Assembly: GCA_965202615.1 (NCBI GenBank)
Contig: OZ241837.1
Span: 1,096,347-1,160,346 of the forward strand
Direction: 5' to 3'
Length of the DNA: 64,000 bases
Origin: Arenicellales bacterium
GTDB taxonomy: Bacteria; Pseudomonadota; Gammaproteobacteria; Arenicellales; JAJDZL01
Shown here: in pieces, positions 28,881-37,644 of the stretch
Numbering within the stretch: the first letter of the stretch is position 1
Layout: each line of letters starts with the position of its first letter
Notes under the pieces: generated by a model
What the model was told of the DNA's origin: nothing
Database searches by the model: none
Seen by the model: the letters and a program-made list of their open reading frames with translations, nothing else
Made by a program: the position numbers and the translations under genes

Positions 28881-29279
28881 TCAGATTAAATCTTCAAGGT
28901 CCACATTCAATGATCTGGCAAGTTTGGCCATAGTCTGGGTTGGTCCGGTACGTCTGCCTGTTTCAATCTGTGAAAGATAGACTGTATTGATTCCAACCTC
29001 CTGTGCCAGCTGTTTCTGTGTTATTCCGCGATGAACACGGTAGAACTTGACCGCGTTTTCTCCAGCTAGCAAACGGTCTGCTACATCAATTGGAAACGAC
29101 TCTTCATCAGCAGACTTGGCACTGTCATATAGCTCTTCGTCGCTTAGGTATAAATCGGAATGGAATTCGCTCAAACGCTTATACAGGTGCCATGGGTTAA
29201 CGGCATAAGCTGGTTGTCCTTTTTCATCGAGAATAACTTGCGTTTTAGTCAATTTAGTTCTCCTACTGTTTATAGACAT
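28881..29279 (-). CDS. XRE-family HTH protein with a Phd/YefM-like N-terminal segment (antitoxin/regulator-like)
   Basis: The C-terminus RVHRGITQKQLAQEVGINTVYLSQIETGRRTGPTQTMAKLARSLNV is a classic XRE HTH. The N-terminus QVILDEKGQPAYAV.PWHLY resembles Phd-type antitoxins. ATG at 29279. Confidence 0.7.
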   Translation of the reverse strand: MSINSRRTKLTKTQVILDEKGQPAYAVNPWHLYKRLSEFHSDLYLSDEELYDSAKSADEESFPIDVADRLLAGENAVKFYRVHRGITQKQLAQEVGINTVYLSQIETGRRTGPTQTMAKLARSLNVDLEDLI

Positions 29280-29626
29280 TGCTTCTGAGACTGATTCGCA
29301 ATACCTCAATTTCCAGAATCTAATTTTCTAGGTCGAAGATTACGCACCTTGAAGTCACTAGGCAATAGTTGCTTCGTATTCGCGTCCTTCTTCAAAACTA
29401 CCTGCATTTGCATGGAACTCGAACGGCAGTCGAGAACTTAACCTTCAAGAAAGCAATGATCAAATCAGTGATAGCTAGTTAGCACGAAATCCACTCTCGT
29501 GCACTTGGGAGGGAATCAATGAGGCGATCTCAATGAATTCCAGTGGTCTAGCAATTTTTTTCGGAGTCTATCAAAAGCTTGCTTCTCCTTAGTGTTCAAA
29601 TCCTTTTCGTTCGCAACAGTCTGCAA

Positions 29627-29809
29627 TTAGCCAATAACAATTTCAACTGCTGCCGTAAAAGGTAAATCCTCTAGACGACGAAGAATGGCGTCGAATGATC
29701 CGGCGAGTGACGTAAGCAGTGTATGAACGGATTTGCCGGGAAAACTGGCTGTGGGATGAGGAATATTCATAGTAGTTTCGCAAATTACGTATACCATTTG
29801 ATAGTTCAA
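29627..29809 (-). CDS. Small hypothetical protein (60 aa) coupled to the lipoprotein gene
   Basis: Its start overlaps the lipoprotein stop by 4 nt (29806-29809). There is no other support. Confidence 0.3.
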   Translation of the reverse strand: MNYQMVYVICETTMNIPHPTASFPGKSVHTLLTSLAGSFDAILRRLEDLPFTAAVEIVIG

Positions 29810-30471
29810 TTTTTTAGCATAAATGCGTAAGCATATCCAGCACTTTCTATGTGTGCAGAACCTACGTTGGACAACAGAATTTCTATTTTTCTACGACGAG
29901 ACAGTTCAAATTCTGTGTGCTCAATTGGCCTACTGTCAACAAAAGCACTTAATACGGTGACAATTTCAGTTTGCTTTTCACTATGCAAAATTAGTTTAAC
30001 GTCCGAGTTAGCTATGTTTAGCGACTGATCAAACTCATCGGAAACTCGTTCATTCAGAACTTCAAATTTATCCAAGTCGGTCGCGAAAAATACATCTATT
30101 CCCATATTCGATTCCACAGCTACTATGCCTAAAAGCGAATTTGCTTGATTCCATGAATTAAATCCATTCACAATAGGAATATCTGCATCGAGTACGAGGT
30201 ACGTATCAAAATCTTTCCGTACACATCCTCTTGTTGAAATTTTAGAGATAAATCCCTTCAATAAATTAGCTATTTGAGTTGCATTTTTTTTGCACTCTTC
30301 ATTAGAAATCATTTCTAATTTCAATGTCGCTAATGTCACCAAATTAGCATTTTCATTTGCGACAACATCACGTAAATCACTTGTATACAAATCTGAAGTT
30401 ACATTGAAATCACACGCTGACAACACCGTAATCGCGAAAATTAGCAGTATTGAATTCCATTTCTTTTTCAC
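29806..30471 (-). CDS. Hypothetical lipoprotein
   Basis: It has a signal peptide with a lipobox, MKKKWNSILLIFAITVLSAC|DF. The 221-aa ORF lies 12 nt downstream of the membrane-protein gene. Confidence 0.6.
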   Translation of the reverse strand: MKKKWNSILLIFAITVLSACDFNVTSDLYTSDLRDVVANENANLVTLATLKLEMISNEECKKNATQIANLLKGFISKISTRGCVRKDFDTYLVLDADIPIVNGFNSWNQANSLLGIVAVESNMGIDVFFATDLDKFEVLNERVSDEFDQSLNIANSDVKLILHSEKQTEIVTVLSAFVDSRPIEHTEFELSRRRKIEILLSNVGSAHIESAGYAYAFMLKN

Positions 30472-30483
30472 AACGTCTTTACC

Positions 30484-30858
30484 TCATAAACTTTGTTTTC
30501 CTTCAGAGGAAGAACTGTTTTTTGAACTCTTAACCTTAGGAGCAAAAATTATCAAAATTCCTCCAACTAGTGCTAGCGCCATACAGATAGCAACAAATGT
30601 TCCACCAAGCATTGCACCTGCTAAGGAACTAACTACAATCAAGACACCAACTATTTTTCTTTCTACACCAACTGCTACTGCACCTAGAACTATCGTAAGA
30701 AAAGAAAATAGGAGTCCTCCCCAACCAAAGCCTATGAGGGTGTCTGCTCCTTCTGCCTCGAGTGCGCTACCCAACCCTCCAAATAACAATGTAATTACAG
30801 CGGGAAAAACGCCAAAAATTCCTGCTACGAGCGCAACGATCCCTCCTGCTTTTTTCAT
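30484..30858 (-). CDS. Small glycine-rich integral membrane protein
   Basis: 124 aa with four hydrophobic Gly-rich segments (GGIVALVAGIFGVFPAVITLLFGGLG...) and a polar Ser/Lys tail. Confidence 0.55.
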   Translation of the reverse strand: MKKAGGIVALVAGIFGVFPAVITLLFGGLGSALEAEGADTLIGFGWGGLLFSFLTIVLGAVAVGVERKIVGVLIVVSSLAGAMLGGTFVAICMALALVGGILIIFAPKVKSSKNSSSSEGKQSL

Positions 30859-31487
30859 AGTTTTCTTACCTGAATTGTTTGAAAATTCGACGCCAAAGGC
30901 GTCGGGTTATTGCAAACAAATTCCAAGTAACAGGAAAGTAGTTCTCGCCTATTCGCTCGGTGAGAGTAGCTAATTCTCACTATAAAAGCTGTCGTATTCA
31001 GCGAGTAACCCGACCTAGCGGGAACTCGGAATTTGATTGCAGGAAAAATTTTAGAGCAAATCCACGGTGAGAACAACTAAATTTGCTCATCAGGTACAGG
31101 CGAGTCGATCAGGTGGCCAGTGCGGTGATTTCGCTGTAGCTTTTGTGCGCAGTTGCTGCAACAGCTTCAGTTTGTACTAGTGTTGCTAGGTGCAACTACA
31201 AAGTGTGCAACCGCTTTGCTGAATCGGTAAATTCTTGGATGTAGATGTATTGTTTACATCGAGTGGTTTTCTGTGGGGTTTGTTTTGGGGAATACGCGCT
31301 GTGGTACCTGATTTGTTTTTCAGTCGGTTCCCGAAAGTCGTATTCCGAATGAAAACAGACTGAGTGTCTCATTTATACCTGAGCCACTACGAACCATTTG
31401 CAAATTGAGCGCGATTATTCATTGACAGTTTATAGAATCTGAAAGTTGCTTCTCACGGTTTCAAGTTTATGTGCAACTTCAAATTTC

Positions 31488-31705
31488 GGTGAGTTGCTCT
31501 TGAAAAATGAAATTGCGGGAGATAGCTGGCAACCGATCCGTCGTGTTGCTTGTGTCGCCATGATTGTCCTTGCAACATATGTGGCTGGCAGGATTACTGA
31601 GGTTCCCGTGTTGTTTCTCTGGGCTGTATTTCCAGTTGTCCTCTCAGTGTATTGTGGTGCAACGACCCGACTGGCGCAGCCCGCCAGTAATGAGCGGCTA
31701 CTGGA
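31488..31705 (+). pseudogene. Fragment of a diverged dsbD membrane-domain segment (copy C)
   Basis: The translation GELLLKN...VAMIVLATYVAGRITEVPVLFLWAVFPVVLSVYCGATTRLAQPASNER parallels DsbD residues encoded at about 24367-24585. The nucleotide identity is obvious across 31557-31700. Confidence 0.8.
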
Positions 31706-31907
31706 AACGGAATTCACGGCGTGGAGTGAGGCACTGGCTTATGGTGAAAACCGCCAGCAAACAGACTTCCCCATCGTCCTGCCATTCACCGCGCCAGTAG
31801 TCGACTCTACCACTCTTAGGTAAAATTAACGCAAACTTTAATTTGACAAACGGAGGCTAAAACTCATTCAATAGACACAAACAATCGCGAGAAAACGCCT
31901 GAATCAA

Positions 31908-31993
31908 AGCGAAATGTTCAAATTGATGCGAAAGGGTGTTCAAATAAAATGCGAATCCGTGTACAAATTCTTGCGAATATGCATAGTGATCTG
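31908..31993. repeat. Iteron-like direct repeats (3-4 units, about 22-bp period)
   Basis: The units are GCGAAATGTTCAAATTGA, TGCGAAAGGGTGTTCAAATAAAA, TGCGAATCCGTGTACAAATTCT and TGCGAATATGCATAG. The GCGAA cores sit at 31909, 31928, 31951 and 31973. Confidence 0.5.
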
Positions 31994-32040
31994 AACTTTG
32001 TCTGTATAGAATGCGTAAAGGATTTTGCATTTGCACAAAC

Positions 32041-32145
32041 CCTCTTGTCTATGGCTACTTTGGTGTTGACGAATTGAAGTGACCTTTCTGCTTGAGAAAT
32101 TGAAGTAGAATTTGTCCTATGGACAATTGAATAGTGAAGCAGTTT
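32041..32145 (+). repeat. Diverged copy of the dsbD 3' terminus plus downstream tail (copy D)
   Basis: CCTCTTGTCTATGGCTACTTTGGTGTTGACGAATTGA...GAAGTAGAATTTGTCCTATGGACAATTGAA aligns with 25052-25150 (CTCCTGTCTATGGCTACCTTGATGTTGACGAATTGA...CAAGTAGAAATTGTGTCCTACGGACTATTGAA). Confidence 0.75.
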
Positions 32146-32300
32146 AATTGAAACTGTGATGCTCCGTTGTCTTGGGCACCACCTACAGTCCGATCAAAAA
32201 TCAGTCTAATGCGTAGGATTGACTACACAGGCTGGAAACAATCCCTTGCTGCATAGTGGCATTGTTCGATTTACAGCCTTGATAAGGAGATAAGACCGAT

Positions 32301-34244
32301 ATGGAAGTCAGCAGTCAGATCAACAATGAACTCAAATCATTAGATGAGATATTCGGACAAGGAAAACGCGTTTTCAGAATCCCTGATTACCAGCGTGGTT
32401 ACTCCTGGGAAGAGCAACAGCGCACCGACCTTTTAACTGATATTGAATACCTAATCAAAAGTGGATACCAGTACCGTCACTATACTGGAACTATCGTTGC
32501 TTCCTTGAACGAGAAGGAAACCAGTGAGAGAGACGGGCAATACGAGATTTTTGATATTGTAGATGGGCAGCAAAGATTGACATCCTTGATATTACTCCTG
32601 TCTGTAATTTGCCGATTAGTAAAGAAATCCACGGAAAAGAGCAAGTTCGAGCATACAGAGATTTTCTCGGCATTCATCCAGGGCGGCCCTGAAGGAAATA
32701 CGGTGCACAAATTGAATTTAGGGAAAGACCAGGACAAAATCTTTAAATCCTTGGTGGAGGAAGGTACTGCCACGGAAGCATCCACCACCTCCAAGTCCGA
32801 CCAAAATCTCAAAGATGCGGTTATCCAATACCAAGACTGGCTGAATAGCCAAGATATCGATGATGTATTGAGGTGTGTTCGTGAAAACCTTGGGTTTCTG
32901 TTCTACGCTCCAGAGAATAACAAAGAGATTGGCATTATGTTCGAAGTGATAAACAACCGGGGTAAGGCTCTGAGTGAACTCGAAAAAATCAAGAACTATC
33001 TTATTTACTATGCCGATAAAAATGACAAGCGTGATATCAGGATACACGTGAATTACTCATGGCCAGAAATCTTAAGCAATCTGAACAAAATTGAATACAC
33101 CAGCAATGAAAATGAGGACCGATACCTGCGAAATTGTTGGATTGTGTTTATGGATACACATAAGAGCCGGAGTCACAATGTATATGACAACCTCAAACTA
33201 GAGTGGCCACCGGACAGCGAAAACACTAAAAAAATCATCGAGTTCATTAAGTTTTTGGAATACGCCGCTGATTTTTATGCAAAGTATCTGAAAAGGGAAG
33301 GCGTGACGGATACACATGAAAAATATTGGTTGGAGCGAATCAGCTGCCATCCGGCAGCTGCTTCCATAACACCGCTAATTTTGGCCGTTTTCGGTAGAGT
33401 CAAAGATCAGAACGATAGGAACGAACTTTTCGAACTACTGGAAAAATTGAATTTTCGATTCTATGGAACAGGAATTGCAGGTAGGTCGGATTCCGGGCAA
33501 GGAGACCTCTTCTGGTATGCCAACAAATTTTTCAATTATTTTGGAAAAGAAGAAGACGGAAAAGAAATTGGTGTCCCATGGCTGAAGGAGGAGTTGACAA
33601 AATTTATCGATCAACGAGCCAATGACAAGTCTTTCATTGAATACCTTACCCTCGACTTGGATGAAGCAGGAGATTATTACAGCTGGGTTGGTCTGAAATT
33701 TTTCCTTGCAAGTTACGAGGAGCATCTGAGGGAGAAAATAAATGAAAGTATCGACCTTCAACGGATTATGGCATCCAGAAACCCGGATGCACCTAATGAT
33801 TTCTATCATAAAGAACATATTTGGGCGGTGAAAGATCTTCGAATTGAAGACAAGGAAAATTCAGACGTAAATAAACGCAGGTTGGGCAACTTTCTGCTTT
33901 TGAAGGAGAGCTTGAACATTAAGGTAAGTAATAAACCGCCTGAAGAAAAAGTGGAGCTCTATTTCGATGACTGGAAAAATGCTCCTAATACCTTGATGAT
34001 TCGAGAGCTAAAGGAATTATTTGATAAAGCAATAGAATTGGAAGAGGAATCAAAGAATTGGAAACGCAAATCTAAGAATTACTGGCTTAAAGTCTACAAG
34101 CGCTTCCTCGATGGGAGAGAGGAAAAAATGGTAAATTTCGCTTTGAAAAGATGGAAAGTATCTGGACTCAACAGTAGTATTTCAAAGGTAAAGTTAGACA
34201 GCTTGGGTTCTCATAACGAGATATGGTCAAAAAGTGGTGAGTGA
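32301..34244 (+). CDS. GmrSD-family type IV (modification-dependent) restriction enzyme, DUF262 + DUF1524
   Basis: The N-terminus FRIPDYQRGYSWEEQQ...FDIVDGQQRLTS is the DUF262/ParB-like NTPase signature. The C-terminus HKEHIWAV...NKRRLGNFLLL is the DUF1524 His-Me finger pattern. Confidence 0.8.
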   Translation: MEVSSQINNELKSLDEIFGQGKRVFRIPDYQRGYSWEEQQRTDLLTDIEYLIKSGYQYRHYTGTIVASLNEKETSERDGQYEIFDIVDGQQRLTSLILLLSVICRLVKKSTEKSKFEHTEIFSAFIQGGPEGNTVHKLNLGKDQDKIFKSLVEEGTATEASTTSKSDQNLKDAVIQYQDWLNSQDIDDVLRCVRENLGFLFYAPENNKEIGIMFEVINNRGKALSELEKIKNYLIYYADKNDKRDIRIHVNYSWPEILSNLNKIEYTSNENEDRYLRNCWIVFMDTHKSRSHNVYDNLKLEWPPDSENTKKIIEFIKFLEYAADFYAKYLKREGVTDTHEKYWLERISCHPAAASITPLILAVFGRVKDQNDRNELFELLEKLNFRFYGTGIAGRSDSGQGDLFWYANKFFNYFGKEEDGKEIGVPWLKEELTKFIDQRANDKSFIEYLTLDLDEAGDYYSWVGLKFFLASYEEHLREKINESIDLQRIMASRNPDAPNDFYHKEHIWAVKDLRIEDKENSDVNKRRLGNFLLLKESLNIKVSNKPPEEKVELYFDDWKNAPNTLMIRELKELFDKAIELEEESKNWKRKSKNYWLKVYKRFLDGREEKMVNFALKRWKVSGLNSSISKVKLDSLGSHNEIWSKSGE

Positions 34245-34259
34245 CAAGTATTTTGCGCG

Positions 34260-34347
34260 GCGTATCTGGACGTTGAGCATGAAAGTGTCGCCCACCCGTA
34301 ACTGAATTTGTTCAGACTGACCAGTCTGTTTGCGCAGGTCAAGTAGA
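34260..34347 (+). repeat. Most decayed copy of the dsbD 3' terminus (copy E), next to ilvA
   Basis: GACTGACCAGTCTGTTTGCGCAGGTCAAGTAGA aligns with 25082-25115 (GAATTGACCGTTCTGCTCGCGCAGGTCAAGTAGA). Upstream, TATCTGGACGTTGAG resembles TACCTTGATGTTGAC. Confidence 0.65.
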
Positions 34348-34608
34348 GAACCGCTTGTCGATAAATATTTCCTTTGGCTACAATACTTGGGACGAACAGC
34401 TGTCAGTCAGATGGTATGCAGAGAATTCCAAGTTAATCTCCCAACTAAAGACATCAATCCGCACTGGCGTTCTCAGTTCTGCGTTGCGTGACTGCTATAA
34501 TTTGCACCAGTCGCTTTCTTTTGAATTTTTCTGGCGATTCAGGAGATCAAGCTTGGCCGATCCACTTTTTTTCATGCACTCTGTTGCTCTAACTCATCGC
34601 TAACCGCT

Positions 34609-36120
34609 TTGGACTCAGATTATCTGCAACGTATTCTGCTGGCGCGGGTTTATGATGTCGCGCAAGACACTGCACTGGACTATGCTTCCAACCTGTCTCG
34701 AAGGTTGAAACACGATATTTGGCTAAAACGCGAAGATCAACAGCCGATTTTCTCCTTCAAAATTCGCGGCGCCTACAACAAAATGTCGCGTATTTCTCCA
34801 AAAGTCTTGAAAAAAGGCGTTGTTGCGGCTTCTGCAGGCAATCACGCTCAGGGTGTTGCGCTGGCTGGCAAAACACTCGGCTGTCCGGTAACCATCTTCA
34901 TGCCCGTTACAAGCCCGGAAATCAAGGTGAAATCAGTGCTCGGACTAGATGCAAAAGTCAAGCTTGTCGGAGACAGCTATGCAGAGGCTGGTGCTGCAGC
35001 CAGTGATTTCTGCAAGCGCAACAAACTTAAGCTGATCCCGCCATACGACGATCCTGATGTCATTGCAGGCAATGGGACGGTTGGACTTGAGATCATGCGC
35101 TCAATGACGGGTAATGTAGAAGCAATTTTTGTGCCGGTTGGCGGCGGTGGCCTGATTGCAGGCGTTGCAGCTTATGTCAAGAGTATCAGCAGTCGAGTAA
35201 AGGTCATTGGTGTCGAACCCATGGATTCCGATGCGATGTGGCAATCTGTTGAAGCGAAAAGGCGCGTTAAGCTGAAAGAGGTTGGAATTTTTGCAGATGG
35301 TGTGGCGGTCAAACAGGTTGGCAAAGAAACTTTCCGTCTAGTTCAAAAATACGTCGATGAGATAGTTCGGGTTGATACAGACGAGATTTGTGCCGCGATC
35401 AAAGATATTTTCGAGGATACCCGCACGATCGTAGAACCTTCCGGTGCACTGGCGGTTGCCGGACTTAAACAATTCTGCGCCAGGTCGAATAGAACCGATA
35501 AAGGTTTCGTTGCGATTAATTCCGGTGCCAACATGAATTTCGATCGATTGCGGCACGTTTCCGAACGCGCTGAAATCGGAGAGCGCCGGGAGGCAATACT
35601 CGCAGTCACAATTCCTGAGCGTCCCGGAAGTTTCCGTCAGTTCTGCTCAACCATCGGTGAGCGGAACATCACTGAATTCAACTACCGTTATGCAGATGCT
35701 GACAGCGCGCATGTGTATGCCGGAATACAAGTCAGCAACCGTGAAGAAGTGTCCAGCATGATCAAGGCACTTGAAGAAAAAAAATATCCGGTCATTGACT
35801 TGACTGACAATGAAATGGCTAAAATTCACGTTAGACACATGGTCGGCGGTCCGGCGCCGAACGCAGAAAACGAAAAAGTCTATCGTTTCGAATTCCCCGA
35901 GCGGCCAGGAGCCTTGCTGGGATTTCTGGAAAAGATGGGCAGTTCCTGGAATATCAGCATGTTTCACTATCGAAACCATGGTACGGATTTTGGTCGGGTT
36001 TTGTGTGGTATACAGGTTCCGTCTGAGGAAATGCCACAGTTCAGAGATTTTCTTAAGATTGTCGGATATCGATACACGGAAGAAACCGATAATCCGGTTT
36101 ATAAAATGTTTTTAACCTAA
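34609..36120 (+). CDS. ilvA: Biosynthetic threonine ammonia-lyase (threonine dehydratase)
   Basis: FSFKIRGAYNKM (PLP lysine motif), ASAGNHAQGVA, and GGGGLIAG are followed by two C-terminal regulatory ACT-like repeats. The start codon is TTG. Confidence 0.9.
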   Translation: MDSDYLQRILLARVYDVAQDTALDYASNLSRRLKHDIWLKREDQQPIFSFKIRGAYNKMSRISPKVLKKGVVAASAGNHAQGVALAGKTLGCPVTIFMPVTSPEIKVKSVLGLDAKVKLVGDSYAEAGAAASDFCKRNKLKLIPPYDDPDVIAGNGTVGLEIMRSMTGNVEAIFVPVGGGGLIAGVAAYVKSISSRVKVIGVEPMDSDAMWQSVEAKRRVKLKEVGIFADGVAVKQVGKETFRLVQKYVDEIVRVDTDEICAAIKDIFEDTRTIVEPSGALAVAGLKQFCARSNRTDKGFVAINSGANMNFDRLRHVSERAEIGERREAILAVTIPERPGSFRQFCSTIGERNITEFNYRYADADSAHVYAGIQVSNREEVSSMIKALEEKKYPVIDLTDNEMAKIHVRHMVGGPAPNAENEKVYRFEFPERPGALLGFLEKMGSSWNISMFHYRNHGTDFGRVLCGIQVPSEEMPQFRDFLKIVGYRYTEETDNPVYKMFLT

Positions 36121-36142
36121 TTATCCAGTCGCAGAGGAGAGA

Positions 36143-36367
36143 ATGAATACTTCAACAGATGGTGTGCAATTTATCGGACTTTACGTCATTCCAGGCGAAG
36201 GAACGGTCGCAGCGATCAGGGTCAATGCTGAGACCCAACTGTTCGATAAGCAGGGCTTGGAATGGAAAATTGTAGAAAAGAAAAAGATCGGTGCAGATAC
36301 CAGCGTTGAAGAACAGGCGCTCGCCCAGGTCAAGCAAAATGATGATTCCGGTAACGGATTCTACTGA
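36143..36367 (+). CDS. Small hypothetical protein (74 aa)
   Basis: The ORF has GGAGAG 5 nt upstream of the ATG, directly downstream of ilvA. I recognise no homology. Confidence 0.35.
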   Translation: MNTSTDGVQFIGLYVIPGEGTVAAIRVNAETQLFDKQGLEWKIVEKKKIGADTSVEEQALAQVKQNDDSGNGFY

Positions 36368-36389
36368 TCACTCGCCATTTGCATAAGCG

Positions 36390-37124
36390 ATGATTTGCGC
36401 CGCTCCCTGGCCAAAATCGTCGAACCCACCACCACTTCTGCCGGGAGAGGTTCATCTGTGGTCAGCTTCTCTGGTTGCCGGCAAAGAACAGTTTGAGCTG
36501 TACGAGAAATTCATGGACATGCGGGAGAAAGCCCGCGCCGACCGCTACTTGATGGACCTGTCCCGCACTCGCTTTATCAGCGCACGGGCGATACTCAAGC
36601 AGTTGCTTTCCAAATACACTGGGGGCGATCCTGCCGAAATAAGTTTTCGTCTCGGGCCGCAGGGTAAACCATATTTGCCGGCGAAATCTTCGCCGATGCT
36701 CCAGTTCAACTCGACCGATACGCAAGAAGAAGCGTTGTACGCGTTTTGCCTGGATGCTGAAATTGGCGTCGACATTGAATACAAAACGCGGCAGGTCCGA
36801 CACGAAATCATTGCAAAACGCAAATTGACAAAGCAGGAAAACGATCTGTACCTTGCATGTCCAGAAAGCCAGCGCAAGCAGTATTTTTTATCTTTATGGA
36901 CTCGAAAGGAAGCTTATGGAAAGGCGCTTGGTGTCGGTATCAAGTATCGTCTGAATGAAGTTAACCTGGTATCCGCTGATTCTGCGGATCGCGTAGTGGT
37001 TAGAGACGATGAGGATATTCAGTGGGATGTCGTGCAGGTGGAACCGGCCGCAGACCTGATCGCATGCGTTGTTACCCAGGGAACAGGATGGCGATTGCGC
37101 TGCTTCAGGCTAGAACCGGAGTAA
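36390..37124 (+). CDS. 4'-phosphopantetheinyl transferase (Sfp/EntD type)
   Basis: GKPYL....FNSTDT...IGVDIE...LWTRKEAYGKALGVG matches the PPTase motifs (G.P, (V/I)G(V/I)D, W..KEA..K). Confidence 0.8.
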   Translation: MICAAPWPKSSNPPPLLPGEVHLWSASLVAGKEQFELYEKFMDMREKARADRYLMDLSRTRFISARAILKQLLSKYTGGDPAEISFRLGPQGKPYLPAKSSPMLQFNSTDTQEEALYAFCLDAEIGVDIEYKTRQVRHEIIAKRKLTKQENDLYLACPESQRKQYFLSLWTRKEAYGKALGVGIKYRLNEVNLVSADSADRVVVRDDEDIQWDVVQVEPAADLIACVVTQGTGWRLRCFRLEPE

Positions 37125-37166
37125 GCAAGACTGCGGTCGATTTCCAAATTTCAGGCTGGCGAGAAG

Positions 37167-37634
37167 TCATTCTTCGTTGGCCATCGACAAAATATATTCC
37201 CATTCCTCTCGGGCAACAGGTGTGACCGACAGTCGATTGCCGCGTTGAAGGACTCGCATCCCCGAAAGCGCGGGCTGTGTTCTCAGGTCGCTTAACGACA
37301 CAATGTGAGCAAATTTTCTTTCAAGTTTAACGTCGACCATCAGCCAGCGCGGGTTATCCGGGTCGCTTTTGGAGTCGTAATATTTTTCGGTTGCATCAAA
37401 GGCGGTATGGTCAGGATAAGCTTCGCTGACGATATGCATGGTTCCGACGATTCCGGGCACCTTGCAGCGCGAATGGTAGAAAAATGCCAGGTCACCCACG
37501 GACATCTCGTCGCGAAAGAAATTCCGAACCTGATAGTTGCGAATTCCGTCCCAGTAGTCGGTTTGTTCCGGTTGCTCAGCCAGGTCGTCTATCGAATAGA
37601 CGTCCGGCTCACTTTTCATCAGCCAATATTTCAT
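37167..37634 (-). CDS. EVE-domain (PUA-like) protein
   Basis: MKYWLMKSEPDVYSIDDL......WDGIRNYQVRNFFRDEMSVGDLAFFYHS is the canonical EVE-domain N-terminus. Confidence 0.85.
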   Translation of the reverse strand: MKYWLMKSEPDVYSIDDLAEQPEQTDYWDGIRNYQVRNFFRDEMSVGDLAFFYHSRCKVPGIVGTMHIVSEAYPDHTAFDATEKYYDSKSDPDNPRWLMVDVKLERKFAHIVSLSDLRTQPALSGMRVLQRGNRLSVTPVAREEWEYILSMANEE

Positions 37635-37644
37635 ATGCACATTC

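Noticed and set aside
29310-29626. Possible decayed RelE/ParE-type toxin gene upstream of the Phd-like/HTH gene
   Set aside because: The minus strand gives only a 27-codon frame (LNTKEKQAFDRLRKKLLDHWNSLRSPH*) and further short fragments. The resemblance to RelE/ParE N-termini is too vague to call without a profile search.
30290-30973. 227-aa plus-strand ORF across islet 2
   Set aside because: It is antisense to the membrane-protein and lipoprotein genes. Those genes have clear signal, lipobox and TM features and operon spacing. The plus-strand translation is low-complexity (Pro/Thr/Ser/Ala-rich).
34355-34603. 82-aa ORF between dsbD copy E and ilvA
   Set aside because: It has no RBS and no motif, it ends just before the ilvA TTG start, and it occupies what is more plausibly the ilvA promoter or leader.
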